Shown piece by piece: positions 8,957 to 19,575 of a DNA stretch of 64,000 nucleotides. Source of the stretch: an uncultured virus (IMG/VR IMGVR_UViG_3300009151_005798) (Duplodnaviria > Heunggongvirae > Uroviricota > Caudoviricetes); the IMG/VR virus record IMGVR_UViG_3300009151_005798. One strand, 5' to 3'. Positions within the stretch are counted from its first letter, which is position 1. The number at the start of each line of letters is the position of its first letter. Below the pieces are notes generated by a model. That model worked only from the letters and a program-made list of their open reading frames with translations. It did no database searches and was not told the DNA's origin. Both the position numbers and the translations under genes were made by a program.

Positions 8957-11900
8957 ATGATTCGTATTCAACTAATACACCAAGGCCGCGTTGTAAAAAC
9001 AATTAGTAGCCGAGTACATGAAAGTGTAATTCTCGAGCAGGTCAAGAGATATGACCAACCCGTTGACGAAATTCGCATTGTCAATGGCGAATTAAGTGAG
9101 GCCGGCAAGGGTATTTTACAACATGTTGCTAAAAAGATTATTCCAGCCGCATTGGCCGCTGGTATGGCCATGAGTGGCGCCAATATGGCACACGCACAAA
9201 ACCACGGTTCACCGGGACAGAATAGAGATTTTCCTGGCATGGAACTGAGCATTGGTCAACACCTGGCTACAATATTTGCGCCCAACTATCAAGAAATTAT
9301 GCGCCAACGCAATTATGAATTACAAACACAGCGCGAAGTATGGAATGCAGAACAAGCTGAAATTCGTCGCGCCAGAGTTGAACAGGCTCGTGCTCAAGGT
9401 CGTGCTGAAATGGGTCTGCCACCTGCGGGCCAAAACGCAAATATGCATGTGTATGATCAAGCTCGTACCAGCAGTGATGGCAAGTATTTCATCATCTACG
9501 GCATGGACAACAGTATCACAAAAATTCCAGTACAGGGCACAGAATTCATGCCCGGAGACAGTCAGCGTCTGCCACATTACATTGCACCAAGCGGTCGAGT
9601 ATTTTATGTTCGACATCCTGCAGGCACCATGACAGAAAGCATCATCAGTGAAGGCACATGGGCATTGCCAGACAGTCCAGAAGCAGTGGATGAATTGACT
9701 GCATTGATGCAACAACCATTGGCGGCCAGCTTTGCCGCTGATAAATTATATAGCCTAGTTGGCGACGATCATTTATTTGATTTAATTGCCGGCATGAAAG
9801 AACAAAATCCAGGACAGAATATTTGGAAAAATCCAGCTGTAGCAAAAAGATTTTATGAGCTGGGTATTGAAATGAATGTTGCAGAAGGCTTTGGTACAAT
9901 TGGTACCATTCCTGCCAGTGGCACAGGTGGTCGTGGACAAAGTCCAAGCGGACATGCTGAGCCAATGTCCGACGATGAAGATGAAATGAATTTATCACCA
10001 GGATCAGCACAGGACAATCAAGTGCCACAGACAGGCACTCAGCAAACAGGCAAGTCAACTACCTTGCACATTGATCAAAACGGAAATCTAGCCCTGGGCG
10101 ATGAAGAAGATCCTAAGAACTTGCGCGAGTCCACAGATGATTTAGTTAATATTATCATGGGGCACCAAGCTGATGTTAAAAAGTACACAGGTGGCAATGG
10201 TAGTAACATGAGCTCGGCATTGTCACAGGAATTGCAAGCTTATTATAATACGAATGACTTTGCCAAACAATTTGATTCAGATCTGGCCGCTATTTTCAAA
10301 GCCGCAGATCAGCATGCACCAGCACAAGAAAGCATAAATGAAATGACCGAAGCTGGATTAAAAGCAATCTTAGATCAGTACGCTGATTCGTTTGCCAAGT
10401 TCAAAGCCGGTGGTGAAATCGATGACAATGTGGATTTTTATGAAGCATTGTACAGTTACTATTCAGACGCTGGCGAAATGCCGTATGGTACACAAAAGGC
10501 CCGTGATGGAGATCCAGTGCAATGGATAGCTGACCGACTAGATGCCGAAACTGGTATGATGCCAGTGGCTGAAGAAAACATAAACGAAGGTGCAGAATTT
10601 GGTGCTTACTACAGCGAACAACTGGCACAGAAAGTATTTGATCAGAATCCCAACTTATCATGTGAAGGCAAGTGTGAAGAATTATTAGATGCGGCTTGGC
10701 CTATTGCTGTAGCCGATCTAGGCCGTAAGCGAGCACAATATGAATTCGGTTACAATGAAGATTTTCCTTCGGATTTTGTAAGTGCATATATTCATTTACA
10801 AAAACAAAGTCAGGGTGTAACAGAAGGCCAATTAAATGAATTCAACAGTAGTGTTTATGTTGTAAACTACATTGACAACGATTCAGGCGAAGAAAAACAA
10901 CTTAAAATTGGTGCTTATAGTGCCGACGACGCCAAAGCCAAAGCATTAGCAAAATTAAGAGCCAATGGCATTGATGCATCTGTTACAGGTACCACTGGCG
11001 GAGAAACCGACACCGGAGACAATGGTGCAAGAGAGTGGAAACAGGTAATGCTTAGAAAGTTTGCTCATGACCAATTGAAAACTGAGTATGAGTGGGCGGC
11101 GCAGTATGATGTGTTCATGACCAAAGAACAAATATTAGAGTATATAGATGTACAAGCAACAGATAAAAAATTAACACCATTGGAATTCATGCATAACAAT
11201 GGTTACGAGCAAGAAAATCTTTTTAAAGGATTTTTAAACAGATTAATAAAAGCAGGATTCAGTAAACAAATGCTGTTGTCAATGTGGAAAAGTTTCCGTA
11301 AAACTGGTAGTGTTGGTAATGTTGGGCCTGGTACAACCAGTGCAATGGCAACGGCATTATTAAAAAATAAACTTGGCGAGACTGCAAATATCACCGAAGA
11401 AGATGAAGAAGGCAACTACGGTTACGACATTAAATCTGAATACATGGGCAATAGAGATTTTGAGTTGTTGATACAGAATATGAGAAAGCCCGGTTCAAAG
11501 CCAGTGCAGGTATTTTTAAGAGTGTTGGGCGTTGGCGAGTGGAGCCTTAGCCAATATTCGCTAGACAGCTTCCAGCTGAAAGGTGGTGTCAAACCAGTCG
11601 GCATTCAAAATGGTGTAAACGGTAACCATCCAATGTATCAGGCCATTTTTAATCACTTTGATTTGGATACAAAAATGTGGAAATTCCTAGGAGAAATTTA
11701 TCGTCATGATTCTGTGCAATACGACAGGGACGAAGATTATCAAGCCGCTGGATGGCCAGGTGTGCCTATGCCCCCACAACTGCAAGCAACTGATGCTGGA
11801 GAATACATTGACAAGCATAATGATGCTGAAGATCAAACCCAAGCCGCTATCAGTGCCGCTATGAGTGCATCTAAACGCAAGCCTGCAACTGAAGCATTTA

Positions 11901-12418
11901 CCATACAAAGAGGCGATAAGTTTTTGGTAGGTGGCAACTCTTGGGTCAGCCGAGAAAAAGTAGAGCAACAAAAGGCTCTGTTATATCGCCACAAGTCAAT
12001 GGCACAGCAGGTGCTGAACAAAATTGGTAAACCTGGTGACAAAGTTGTAATGATTGAAAATGAAGAAGAAGCTAGTCCAGAAGAGCAAGGTGCCGCTGAT
12101 AAAAACATCATTATGCAAATTCGTAAAGTAGCTGATTATGAACGACCATCGCCAGTGACATTGGGTGATGGTGAATCAATCACCATTGATGCAGATACAG
12201 CTAGAACAATCCTGGCCAAGTTTGACACATTAAAGCCAGACAGCAAGGCATTGATGCAACAGACATTGAACACCAGCGAAGGATTTCATGAATTATTAAA
12301 TTACTTCAACAAGCGCAAAGTGCATGAAGATGTAGAACTAATAAGTACAGCAATGAAACCAGTCATGGAAGCAGACGCACGAGCCAAGCGACTAATGAAA
12401 AAAGTTTTTGGTATTTAA
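8957..12418 (+). CDS. Large modular putative internal head protein (1153 aa)
   Basis: Long ORF of unrelated blocks separated by repeated [ILVM]-x-E|[AGSDE] motifs. Confidence 0.55.
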   Translation: MIRIQLIHQGRVVKTISSRVHESVILEQVKRYDQPVDEIRIVNGELSEAGKGILQHVAKKIIPAALAAGMAMSGANMAHAQNHGSPGQNRDFPGMELSIGQHLATIFAPNYQEIMRQRNYELQTQREVWNAEQAEIRRARVEQARAQGRAEMGLPPAGQNANMHVYDQARTSSDGKYFIIYGMDNSITKIPVQGTEFMPGDSQRLPHYIAPSGRVFYVRHPAGTMTESIISEGTWALPDSPEAVDELTALMQQPLAASFAADKLYSLVGDDHLFDLIAGMKEQNPGQNIWKNPAVAKRFYELGIEMNVAEGFGTIGTIPASGTGGRGQSPSGHAEPMSDDEDEMNLSPGSAQDNQVPQTGTQQTGKSTTLHIDQNGNLALGDEEDPKNLRESTDDLVNIIMGHQADVKKYTGGNGSNMSSALSQELQAYYNTNDFAKQFDSDLAAIFKAADQHAPAQESINEMTEAGLKAILDQYADSFAKFKAGGEIDDNVDFYEALYSYYSDAGEMPYGTQKARDGDPVQWIADRLDAETGMMPVAEENINEGAEFGAYYSEQLAQKVFDQNPNLSCEGKCEELLDAAWPIAVADLGRKRAQYEFGYNEDFPSDFVSAYIHLQKQSQGVTEGQLNEFNSSVYVVNYIDNDSGEEKQLKIGAYSADDAKAKALAKLRANGIDASVTGTTGGETDTGDNGAREWKQVMLRKFAHDQLKTEYEWAAQYDVFMTKEQILEYIDVQATDKKLTPLEFMHNNGYEQENLFKGFLNRLIKAGFSKQMLLSMWKSFRKTGSVGNVGPGTTSAMATALLKNKLGETANITEEDEEGNYGYDIKSEYMGNRDFELLIQNMRKPGSKPVQVFLRVLGVGEWSLSQYSLDSFQLKGGVKPVGIQNGVNGNHPMYQAIFNHFDLDTKMWKFLGEIYRHDSVQYDRDEDYQAAGWPGVPMPPQLQATDAGEYIDKHNDAEDQTQAAISAAMSASKRKPATEAFTIQRGDKFLVGGNSWVSREKVEQQKALLYRHKSMAQQVLNKIGKPGDKVVMIENEEEASPEEQGAADKNIIMQIRKVADYERPSPVTLGDGESITIDADTARTILAKFDTLKPDSKALMQQTLNTSEGFHELLNYFNKRKVHEDVELISTAMKPVMEADARAKRLMKKVFGI

Positions 12419-12419
12419 A

Positions 12420-14471
12420 ATGAAATTCTTCAGTGAAATTAAAAATCGAGTAAACGAAGCACCTCACTATCCAGAGGATCCGGATGAATGGAATGCCATG
12501 TTTGGTGCCCGTAAAAAGAAACCACAGGGTGATCCAGAAGATTATGAACCACGCACCTCTCCTGCTCAACAGGCGGCCGACGACGAAGAAGCTTTGAGTC
12601 AAAAGCTTCAGGCACAGCACAAGGCATTTGCACAAAAGCGCAAGGTTGAGTATGTTGATCAAGAAGGTGCCGCACCCAATGGGCAACGATACAATAAACT
12701 GTATGTGATCAATGCCAAGGACATGCAGACTGCCAACCATGAAGAATATCTGTTTGACAAGCACGAGTGGGGTGCAAAGAAAGTGGTTGATGTTAAAAAA
12801 CAACAAAATGAAGATGGTTCCGTAACTGCTACCTTGTACATTGTGGACAATCACAAGTATGGTACTTGGAAGCCATGGAAAAATATGCCGGCAAAAGAAG
12901 GCGTCAGTGCAGATACGCTGGAAGAAAGCGAAGAAGACAATCCGGTACTGGGTGCCATCATTCATCGTATCATGGTTGGCCGTACAGATCTGTTGAGCAA
13001 GTTTGGTCCCGAGCGTATCATGGCCGCTGCCGAAGATGTTGCAGACTTCGTTGGTGATGTGGAAGAAATTGGTAGCAGTGATGTCAGTGGCTGGGTCAAA
13101 CAAGTTGAGAACAGTTTAAAAGATGCACAGTTGCCAGATGATGAACAGGAGAAAGTTACTGAGGCGCCATTCGGCCCAGAGAAAGATTTCCGTGCGGCAG
13201 CATTAAAGAAATACCCTGATGCCAAATTTAGAAGGACGCAAGATTCAAGCAGGGACCTTACAGCATACAAACCCACTCCAAAACCTGCAGGGCATGTAAA
13301 TGCAGTGCATGGTAAGCACTGGGGCAAAGAAGTCGGATCGCGCAATGGATACATAGGGTTGTGGGATGTAAAGGAAGAACAGGAAGCAGATATGAAATCA
13401 AGTAACACAGGTTACAACAATATGTTGGCTGTTATGAAAGCAGTTGACGCAGGTGAAGATGCCACTTTCAATCTAGGTGGCGAACCCATCACGCTTGAAT
13501 ATCCAGAAGCTCGCTTCTTGTCAGGCAAATACAAAGCTTTCTTGAAAGCAGGTCGCCAAGAAGAATTTTTGCAGTACATGAGCAGTCCTGTGGCATTTGA
13601 TCGTCTAATGCTACAGTTGCGTCATATGATCGACAAGCAAAAGAATTTTAAAGGTAGTGTGCCTGGTGAACGCGGTGTTGAGGAAGACGCAAGAACTTTT
13701 GCACCATTGAGTAAAGATCAATATTTGGCTCAAAAGAAGGCACTACAGGATATACAACTTGATCCGGAAACAGCAAACGATCCTGAACTTAGAAAAGAAT
13801 TAATGCATAGGACTGGCGCATTGCGAAAGCAAGCAGTAGCATCTGGACTTATTGGAGTAGAAGAAGACGCTCCTGCCTTGGCCAAAATGGCAGGTGGACT
13901 TGGTCTAGGCCTTGTAGCGGCCGCAGGTGCGCCAGCCATTGTTGGCATCTTGGGCCCGTTGCTGGGTATTCCGTTTGCCGCTTACGGTGCTTACAGCGCG
14001 GCCAAAATGGGCATGGCAGGTGTTGAAAAACTATGGGACATGGCCACAGACAAACTGGGCGGGTCTGACAAAGTTGAACAGTATGCTACAGCTCAGATTG
14101 CCAAGTTGCCTCCAGAAAAAGCCAAAGCCGCCAATGCTGTGATTAAACAAGTGGCCGAAAGCAGAAAGACTGTAGAAAGCACTGGGCCGGCAAAAATGAT
14201 TAGTCGTGGCGGCAAAGACATGGACGAAAGTGCTCCACCAAACTTTCCAATGGATTTAGAAAAGAAGCTGTTGGCACAATATAAAAATGATCCAGGCCGG
14301 GCTTATGCAACAATGTGGACTTTACACAACAAACAAAAGCCCAAGACAGAAAGCCTAAAAGCGTTGCCAGCAGTAAATGAAAACGAATACTGGTGTGGCA
14401 ACGGCAGAATGGCCAAACCAATCCCAACAGGATACAAGAAGTTATCCAATGGATACCTAACAAGGAAATAA
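12420..14471 (+). CDS. Modular putative internal head protein with a hydrophobic Gly/Ala-rich segment
   Basis: MKFFSEIKNRVNE|AP leader; KVTE|A, GVEE|D (twice), QVAE|S, AVNE|N. Confidence 0.55.
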   Translation: MKFFSEIKNRVNEAPHYPEDPDEWNAMFGARKKKPQGDPEDYEPRTSPAQQAADDEEALSQKLQAQHKAFAQKRKVEYVDQEGAAPNGQRYNKLYVINAKDMQTANHEEYLFDKHEWGAKKVVDVKKQQNEDGSVTATLYIVDNHKYGTWKPWKNMPAKEGVSADTLEESEEDNPVLGAIIHRIMVGRTDLLSKFGPERIMAAAEDVADFVGDVEEIGSSDVSGWVKQVENSLKDAQLPDDEQEKVTEAPFGPEKDFRAAALKKYPDAKFRRTQDSSRDLTAYKPTPKPAGHVNAVHGKHWGKEVGSRNGYIGLWDVKEEQEADMKSSNTGYNNMLAVMKAVDAGEDATFNLGGEPITLEYPEARFLSGKYKAFLKAGRQEEFLQYMSSPVAFDRLMLQLRHMIDKQKNFKGSVPGERGVEEDARTFAPLSKDQYLAQKKALQDIQLDPETANDPELRKELMHRTGALRKQAVASGLIGVEEDAPALAKMAGGLGLGLVAAAGAPAIVGILGPLLGIPFAAYGAYSAAKMGMAGVEKLWDMATDKLGGSDKVEQYATAQIAKLPPEKAKAANAVIKQVAESRKTVESTGPAKMISRGGKDMDESAPPNFPMDLEKKLLAQYKNDPGRAYATMWTLHNKQKPKTESLKALPAVNENEYWCGNGRMAKPIPTGYKKLSNGYLTRK

Positions 14472-14472
14472 A

Positions 14473-15090
14473 ATGGAAATCACAGTAGAAATTTTACAAG
14501 CTTGTATACCACAAGCCAAGGCCGCAAGACTAGAAATGTTTTGTGAAGGATTCAATGAAACCTTTGAACACTTTGATATTAGCAATCCGGCTCGTATGGC
14601 CATGTTTCTTGCACAGACTGCACATGAAAGCGGAAACTTTAATGCAGTAGAAGAAAACTTGAATTATGCCGCCAAAGCATTGATGGCATTTTGGCCCAAG
14701 CGTTTTGCTGGTGTAGCAGATGCGTATGCTCGTAAACCAGAAATGATTGCCAATCGTGCCTACTGTGATCGTATGGGCAATGGCAACGAAGCGTCAGGCG
14801 AAGGCTACATGTACCGCGGTCGTGGCATTATTCAATTGACTGGCAAAGAAAATTATACCAAATGCGGCGACGCACTGGGCTTGGATCTAGTAAGCGATCC
14901 TGATCAAGTGGCACAGAATCCAGTGGCTATTCTGTCAGCAGGTTGGTTTTGGGATACTAGAAAACTAAATGCTGTCAGCGATACAGGTGATGTAGAACGA
15001 GCAACCAAGTTGATCAACGGTGGCACAATTGGCCTCAAAGAGCGAGGCGAACACTTCCATCACATATTGCAAGTATTGCAATCAATCTAA
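14473..15090 (+). CDS. Glycoside hydrolase family 19 (chitinase-like) endolysin
   Basis: FLAQTAHES, EENLNY, ANRAY..RMGNG, YRGRGIIQLTGKENY, ATKLINGG. Confidence 0.9.
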   Translation: MEITVEILQACIPQAKAARLEMFCEGFNETFEHFDISNPARMAMFLAQTAHESGNFNAVEENLNYAAKALMAFWPKRFAGVADAYARKPEMIANRAYCDRMGNGNEASGEGYMYRGRGIIQLTGKENYTKCGDALGLDLVSDPDQVAQNPVAILSAGWFWDTRKLNAVSDTGDVERATKLINGGTIGLKERGEHFHHILQVLQSI

Positions 15091-15100
15091 GGAATAAAAA

Positions 15101-16093
15101 ATGAGTAAGATTATAAATTTATGTAAGGTGCCTGGTGACAATACAATGTCTAATGGGCCAAGCGACCACGGAACTCCAACTGCAATCGGAACTACAGATT
15201 GGAATTGGGCATGGTCCGGAGCAAACGAAGCTAGTTTAAATTTAACTAGTAACCAGCGCGGCGGCGAGGCGCATATAAATGTAGCAATTACAACTACCAC
15301 TGGCGATAGGAATATTGTAATGCAAATTAAAAATGCACTCATTGCTGATGGTACTGTGACTCTTTGGAATAACAATGCCGGACAAGGAAATGGCCTACCT
15401 GACCTGCTTGCTGGTTTTGATTTGAGTACTCTGGTTGGAAAAACTCTATACCAAGAAACCACCGACCCAACCACTCGCAATAACACTATCACTTCTGTTG
15501 ATAGTTTAGGCAACGGAGCATATAGATTTCATGTGTCTGGCGGTGGTGGTGCAATTGGAGCAAGTACCGGTGGCACAAATATTTCCTGCACTATCAAAGC
15601 CGGTACAGGTGCTACAGGTTTATCAATTGTACTAGGACCAGATCAAAGTTTTACAAATGATAAAGCCAAAGTTGGTGATACATTTCTTGTATATAGCGAT
15701 TGGCTAGGTGCTGGTAGTGGGGGTGCAAGTGCTACTATTACTGTTTCTGCCATTGATGCAGTGGCGGCAACAACCGCTGATATTATTGCTAGAGTAACAG
15801 GATTCGCAACTGCCAAGGCAGTTTCGGCTATGAAAGTATGGAACGATCGTAGTTATCGTATTACCAATACTGATGGTACTGGCGCATGTAAATTAGTTGC
15901 GGCCGCTCCAGGCGCAGGTGAGATGAATATGATTGCCACTGATTCAGCCGGTAACACATATTATGTTACCAGACTGTTTGAATGTTTGGCTGTGGTCACA
16001 CAAAAGACCGGTAGCTCACATCAATTTGCAACTGGTTCAAGAGTAAAGTGGAACGAAAGTGCCGCAGTACTAAACACATCAGTTAAGATCTAA
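15101..16093 (+). CDS. Putative virion structural protein
   Basis: G/T/A/S-rich, beta-strand-like composition; AAGGA RBS; last gene of the late operon. Confidence 0.5.
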   Translation: MSKIINLCKVPGDNTMSNGPSDHGTPTAIGTTDWNWAWSGANEASLNLTSNQRGGEAHINVAITTTTGDRNIVMQIKNALIADGTVTLWNNNAGQGNGLPDLLAGFDLSTLVGKTLYQETTDPTTRNNTITSVDSLGNGAYRFHVSGGGGAIGASTGGTNISCTIKAGTGATGLSIVLGPDQSFTNDKAKVGDTFLVYSDWLGAGSGGASATITVSAIDAVAATTADIIARVTGFATAKAVSAMKVWNDRSYRITNTDGTGACKLVAAAPGAGEMNMIATDSAGNTYYVTRLFECLAVVTQKTGSSHQFATGSRVKWNESAAVLNTSVKI

Positions 16094-16111
16094 TAAATAA
16101 ACTTAACACGG

Positions 16112-16155
16112 CCCAAGTCACTGCGGAGTAGCTCTCCTGGCACACTTGGGTTTTT
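16112..16155 (+). terminator. Long interrupted hairpin plus U-tract
   Basis: CCCAAGT(16112-18) pairs with ACTTGGG(16144-50), inner GGAG/CTCC stem, then TTTTT. Confidence 0.65.
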
Positions 16156-16174
16156 CTTTGGCTATAAGTATCGC

Positions 16175-17491
16175 ATGGACAGTATTATATTGTATGGCGA
16201 TAAAATTGAAAGAAACATAGATGGAAACAATCTGTTTGCACAATGGCATGGTTACCTAGAGCAGGATATTTGGAATCTAGATGATGATACAGAACACTTT
16301 ACTCGGCATCCACTCATTGGTGCGGGCATATTTAAATACTTTAATTGCCCAATAGAAATTCAACCCTTGGATCAGTTTGTGTCGGGTCGTCAGGGTGTTA
16401 TACCAATTGGCTTGCTGGGCGGATGGAATGTCAACAAGTTAAAATACATCAAGCATTGGCTCACTCATCCATCACGCCGAGCGGCCTGGAATGATCCTGC
16501 TTGTCAAATTGTAATTGATTACAGCCTAGAAGGATTTACTGAAGAAGTATTTCCAGAGTTATGGCAGTGGATAGAAGACAATGACCTACACAATAGAATT
16601 CTCTATGTCAGCAGTAGCTACAATGTAGAGCAGTTATATTTTCAGTGGTGTGATAAAGCTGGAGTGCGTACAAATATGCGAACAAGTTGGTATGGATTTT
16701 TCATCAACTGGATCAACAGAGACCGAGCGTTTTCAGCAGTCAAACCAGAACTACAACAAGCCCATTGGCAACAGGGCCATGCTAGATACATGTGTCTTAA
16801 TCGTCGACCGCATGTGCATAGAATATTGTTGCTGACTCTGCTTGAACGATTCGATTTAATTGAACATGGCGGAGTAAGTATGCCACGCAACTTTGAAGAT
16901 GAAATTGATGGATTTGACAAACATGCATTTGATATTCCATATCAATGGCAGTGGCTCAAAGATGCACTCAATGGAAGCATTGATAACTTAGATGCTGACT
17001 TTGATCGCATGTGGGCTCGCTTGCCATTGATTGCAGACACTGACAACTTTAAAAAGAATCATGCGTTGGACATCAATGAAGAATACTACACACAGTTTCC
17101 CATCAACATTGTAAGTGAGACATTCTTCTTCAGCGAGTCAGTGTTTGCCAGTGAGAAAGTTTGGAAGCCCATGCTGATTGGACAAATATTTCTTGCAATG
17201 GCCCCTGCATTTTATCTGCAAAGTCTAAGAGCAATTGGATTCCAAACTTTTAGTCCTTGGATCAATGAAGAATACGACCTAATTACCGACCATGTTGAAC
17301 GGGCAATTGAACTGATGCGTGTGTTAAAGGGCCTGGTCAAACTTGGCGATGCTGAATTTGCACAACTGTTGGCTTGCTGTGAATCTGCTATACAGCACAA
17401 TAGACAAATCCTCATGGACACTGACAGAATCAACAAACTGATTGGGTCACAGGTAATTCCTGCAATTGAATCCTACTGGGCTACGGCCTAA
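16175..17491 (+). CDS. Hypothetical glycosyltransferase-like protein (paralog of 19572-20870)
   Basis: Shared motifs CLNRRPHVHR, IVSETFF, SEKVWKP, LRAIGFQTF, EEYD, HN. Confidence 0.55.
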   Translation: MDSIILYGDKIERNIDGNNLFAQWHGYLEQDIWNLDDDTEHFTRHPLIGAGIFKYFNCPIEIQPLDQFVSGRQGVIPIGLLGGWNVNKLKYIKHWLTHPSRRAAWNDPACQIVIDYSLEGFTEEVFPELWQWIEDNDLHNRILYVSSSYNVEQLYFQWCDKAGVRTNMRTSWYGFFINWINRDRAFSAVKPELQQAHWQQGHARYMCLNRRPHVHRILLLTLLERFDLIEHGGVSMPRNFEDEIDGFDKHAFDIPYQWQWLKDALNGSIDNLDADFDRMWARLPLIADTDNFKKNHALDINEEYYTQFPINIVSETFFFSESVFASEKVWKPMLIGQIFLAMAPAFYLQSLRAIGFQTFSPWINEEYDLITDHVERAIELMRVLKGLVKLGDAEFAQLLACCESAIQHNRQILMDTDRINKLIGSQVIPAIESYWATA

Positions 17492-17522
17492 ACTAAATAT
17501 CTAAACATTAAATACTGCTTAA

Positions 17523-18998
17523 ATGAAAAAAACCGAATTTGCCAAACGAATGATTCACATCAAAAGTGAATTAGACAAAGTAAGTCCAACCTATTGCGTG
17601 GCCAAGTGGCAACAGGTTACAATCCACTTGGCCACAGGACAAACACATTCGTGTCATCATCCACAGACTCATCGAGTTCCATTGGCTGAAGTGGCTGTTA
17701 ACCCAAGCGCACTACACAATACATGGTATAAGAAAACGCTACGCAAAGAAATGCTAGAAGGTATTCGCCCAGGTGAATGTGATTACTGCTGGCGAGCTGA
17801 AGATGCGCCCGGAGATCACTACAGTGATCGTATTAAAAAGTCAGCTGACGATAGCTGGGCTACTCCATATCTAGAGTCCAGCGCACAGATGCCATGGGAC
17901 GCAGATGTGCAACCAAGTTATGTTGAAGTAAGTTTCAGTAATGCTTGTAATTTTGGTTGCGGGTACTGTAGTCCAGAAATCAGCAGTACCCTAATGGAAA
18001 CTGCCAAGCGGCATGGACCAATCATGCTGACCAAAACAAGTGATCATGACATCAATTGGCTCCGAGATGCCAACCGTATGCCTATTCCAAATAAAGATGT
18101 GAATCCCTATGTGGAGGCCTGGTGGAAATGGTGGCCCACACTATATCCCAATCTACGCACATTTCGTATCACTGGCGGTGAACCCTTACTGAGCAAAGAA
18201 ACATTTAGAACACTGGATTGGATCATTGAAAATCCCAATCCCAATCTTGATCTGGCCATCAACACTAACCTGGGTGCTGATCAAAAGGTGTTGGACAAGT
18301 TCTTTGACAAGTGTAAACTGATCAAAGATGGCAACATGGTCAAGCGTCTACAAATTTTTACCAGCTGTGACACCTGGGGTGATCAAGCAGAGTATATTCG
18401 ACAAGGGCTAGACTATCAAAAATGGTACTACAACCTATGGAATCTGTCACTGCGCTATCCAACGCTGGACATCACCATCATGTGTACTTTTAATCTGTTA
18501 AGCATACCCAAATTTAAATTGTTCTTGAATGATATATTGAGTATTCGCCGTAGTGCAACTACAATTGACAAGCCCAATGGTATTCGTGGAATCAATCTGG
18601 ACTTTCCTTATCTCAGGCACCCTAGATATCTAAGTGCATTGATTGCAGATGATCATATGACTGGACAGTTGATCAACACACTTGCCTGGGCCAAGAGTAA
18701 TATTGCCAAATTTGATGAGTTTGAATTTCACGATGGTTTTTATCCACATGAAATAGATAACCTGCAACGACTTGTCAATATCATTGAAGCAGAGAATCCC
18801 AATCAAACTGAAAACATTACAGCAAGGCATGACTTCTATTTGTTTGTTACACAATTTGATGCTAGAAATAATTTAAACTTCTTAAAGACATTTCCAGAGT
18901 TTGAAGCATTCTATACAAGATGCCGAGAAGAATATGAAGCCAGTAAGGCGGCCAAAGAACTTGCAATAGTTGGTCAAGGATTAGAAGATGGGTTATAG
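17523..18998 (+). CDS. Radical SAM protein with an N-terminal auxiliary Cys cluster
   Basis: CNFGCGYC, ITGGEPLL, NTN; N-terminal C.AKW..HSCHH...CDYCW. Confidence 0.85.
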   Translation: MKKTEFAKRMIHIKSELDKVSPTYCVAKWQQVTIHLATGQTHSCHHPQTHRVPLAEVAVNPSALHNTWYKKTLRKEMLEGIRPGECDYCWRAEDAPGDHYSDRIKKSADDSWATPYLESSAQMPWDADVQPSYVEVSFSNACNFGCGYCSPEISSTLMETAKRHGPIMLTKTSDHDINWLRDANRMPIPNKDVNPYVEAWWKWWPTLYPNLRTFRITGGEPLLSKETFRTLDWIIENPNPNLDLAINTNLGADQKVLDKFFDKCKLIKDGNMVKRLQIFTSCDTWGDQAEYIRQGLDYQKWYYNLWNLSLRYPTLDITIMCTFNLLSIPKFKLFLNDILSIRRSATTIDKPNGIRGINLDFPYLRHPRYLSALIADDHMTGQLINTLAWAKSNIAKFDEFEFHDGFYPHEIDNLQRLVNIIEAENPNQTENITARHDFYLFVTQFDARNNLNFLKTFPEFEAFYTRCREEYEASKAAKELAIVGQGLEDGL

Positions 18999-19575
18999 AA
19001 CAGAGATATTAGGATGGATGACAGAACACGAACTCAAGACTCTTGAGCAGTTGGCAAAACAAGTTCCAGTGAACGGAAACATTTTAGAAATTGGATCTAT
19101 GTTTGGGCGTAGTGCAGTTTGTTGGGCCATGAGTGCTGATCCGAGTGTTACTATATCCTGCATTGATTGGTTTTTAAATGACATGGTGCAAAATCATAGT
19201 ATTGCCAAAGAATTTTGTGTAGAGCAATCATTTCCACTGCCAGGAGTAATGTATGATGTGGAACACGCATTTATACAAAACACAAAGGAATTTACAAACA
19301 TTAAACGATTCAAAGGAAGTAGTCCACATGATCTAGGTGGTTATGTTCCAGAGATGATTGATTTGTTTTTCCTTGACGCGGCCCATATTAACCCCAGTGA
19401 CTGGGACAACTTGACTTATTTTCTGCCGCATGTTAACACTAGCGGAATAATTTGTGGGCATGATTACAGTGACGATTGCCCGCATGTCAAAGAAAATGTT
19501 CTCAGACTAGAAGGTATAATTGGCACAAAGGCAATTGTATATCCGGGCACCTTAATTTGGTCAATTAAAAAATGA
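18988..19575 (+). CDS. Class I SAM-dependent methyltransferase (Methyltransf_24-like)
   Basis: LEIGSMFGRS, DLFFLDAAH, GIICGHDY. Confidence 0.85.
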   Translation: MGYRTEILGWMTEHELKTLEQLAKQVPVNGNILEIGSMFGRSAVCWAMSADPSVTISCIDWFLNDMVQNHSIAKEFCVEQSFPLPGVMYDVEHAFIQNTKEFTNIKRFKGSSPHDLGGYVPEMIDLFFLDAAHINPSDWDNLTYFLPHVNTSGIICGHDYSDDCPHVKENVLRLEGIIGTKAIVYPGTLIWSIKK

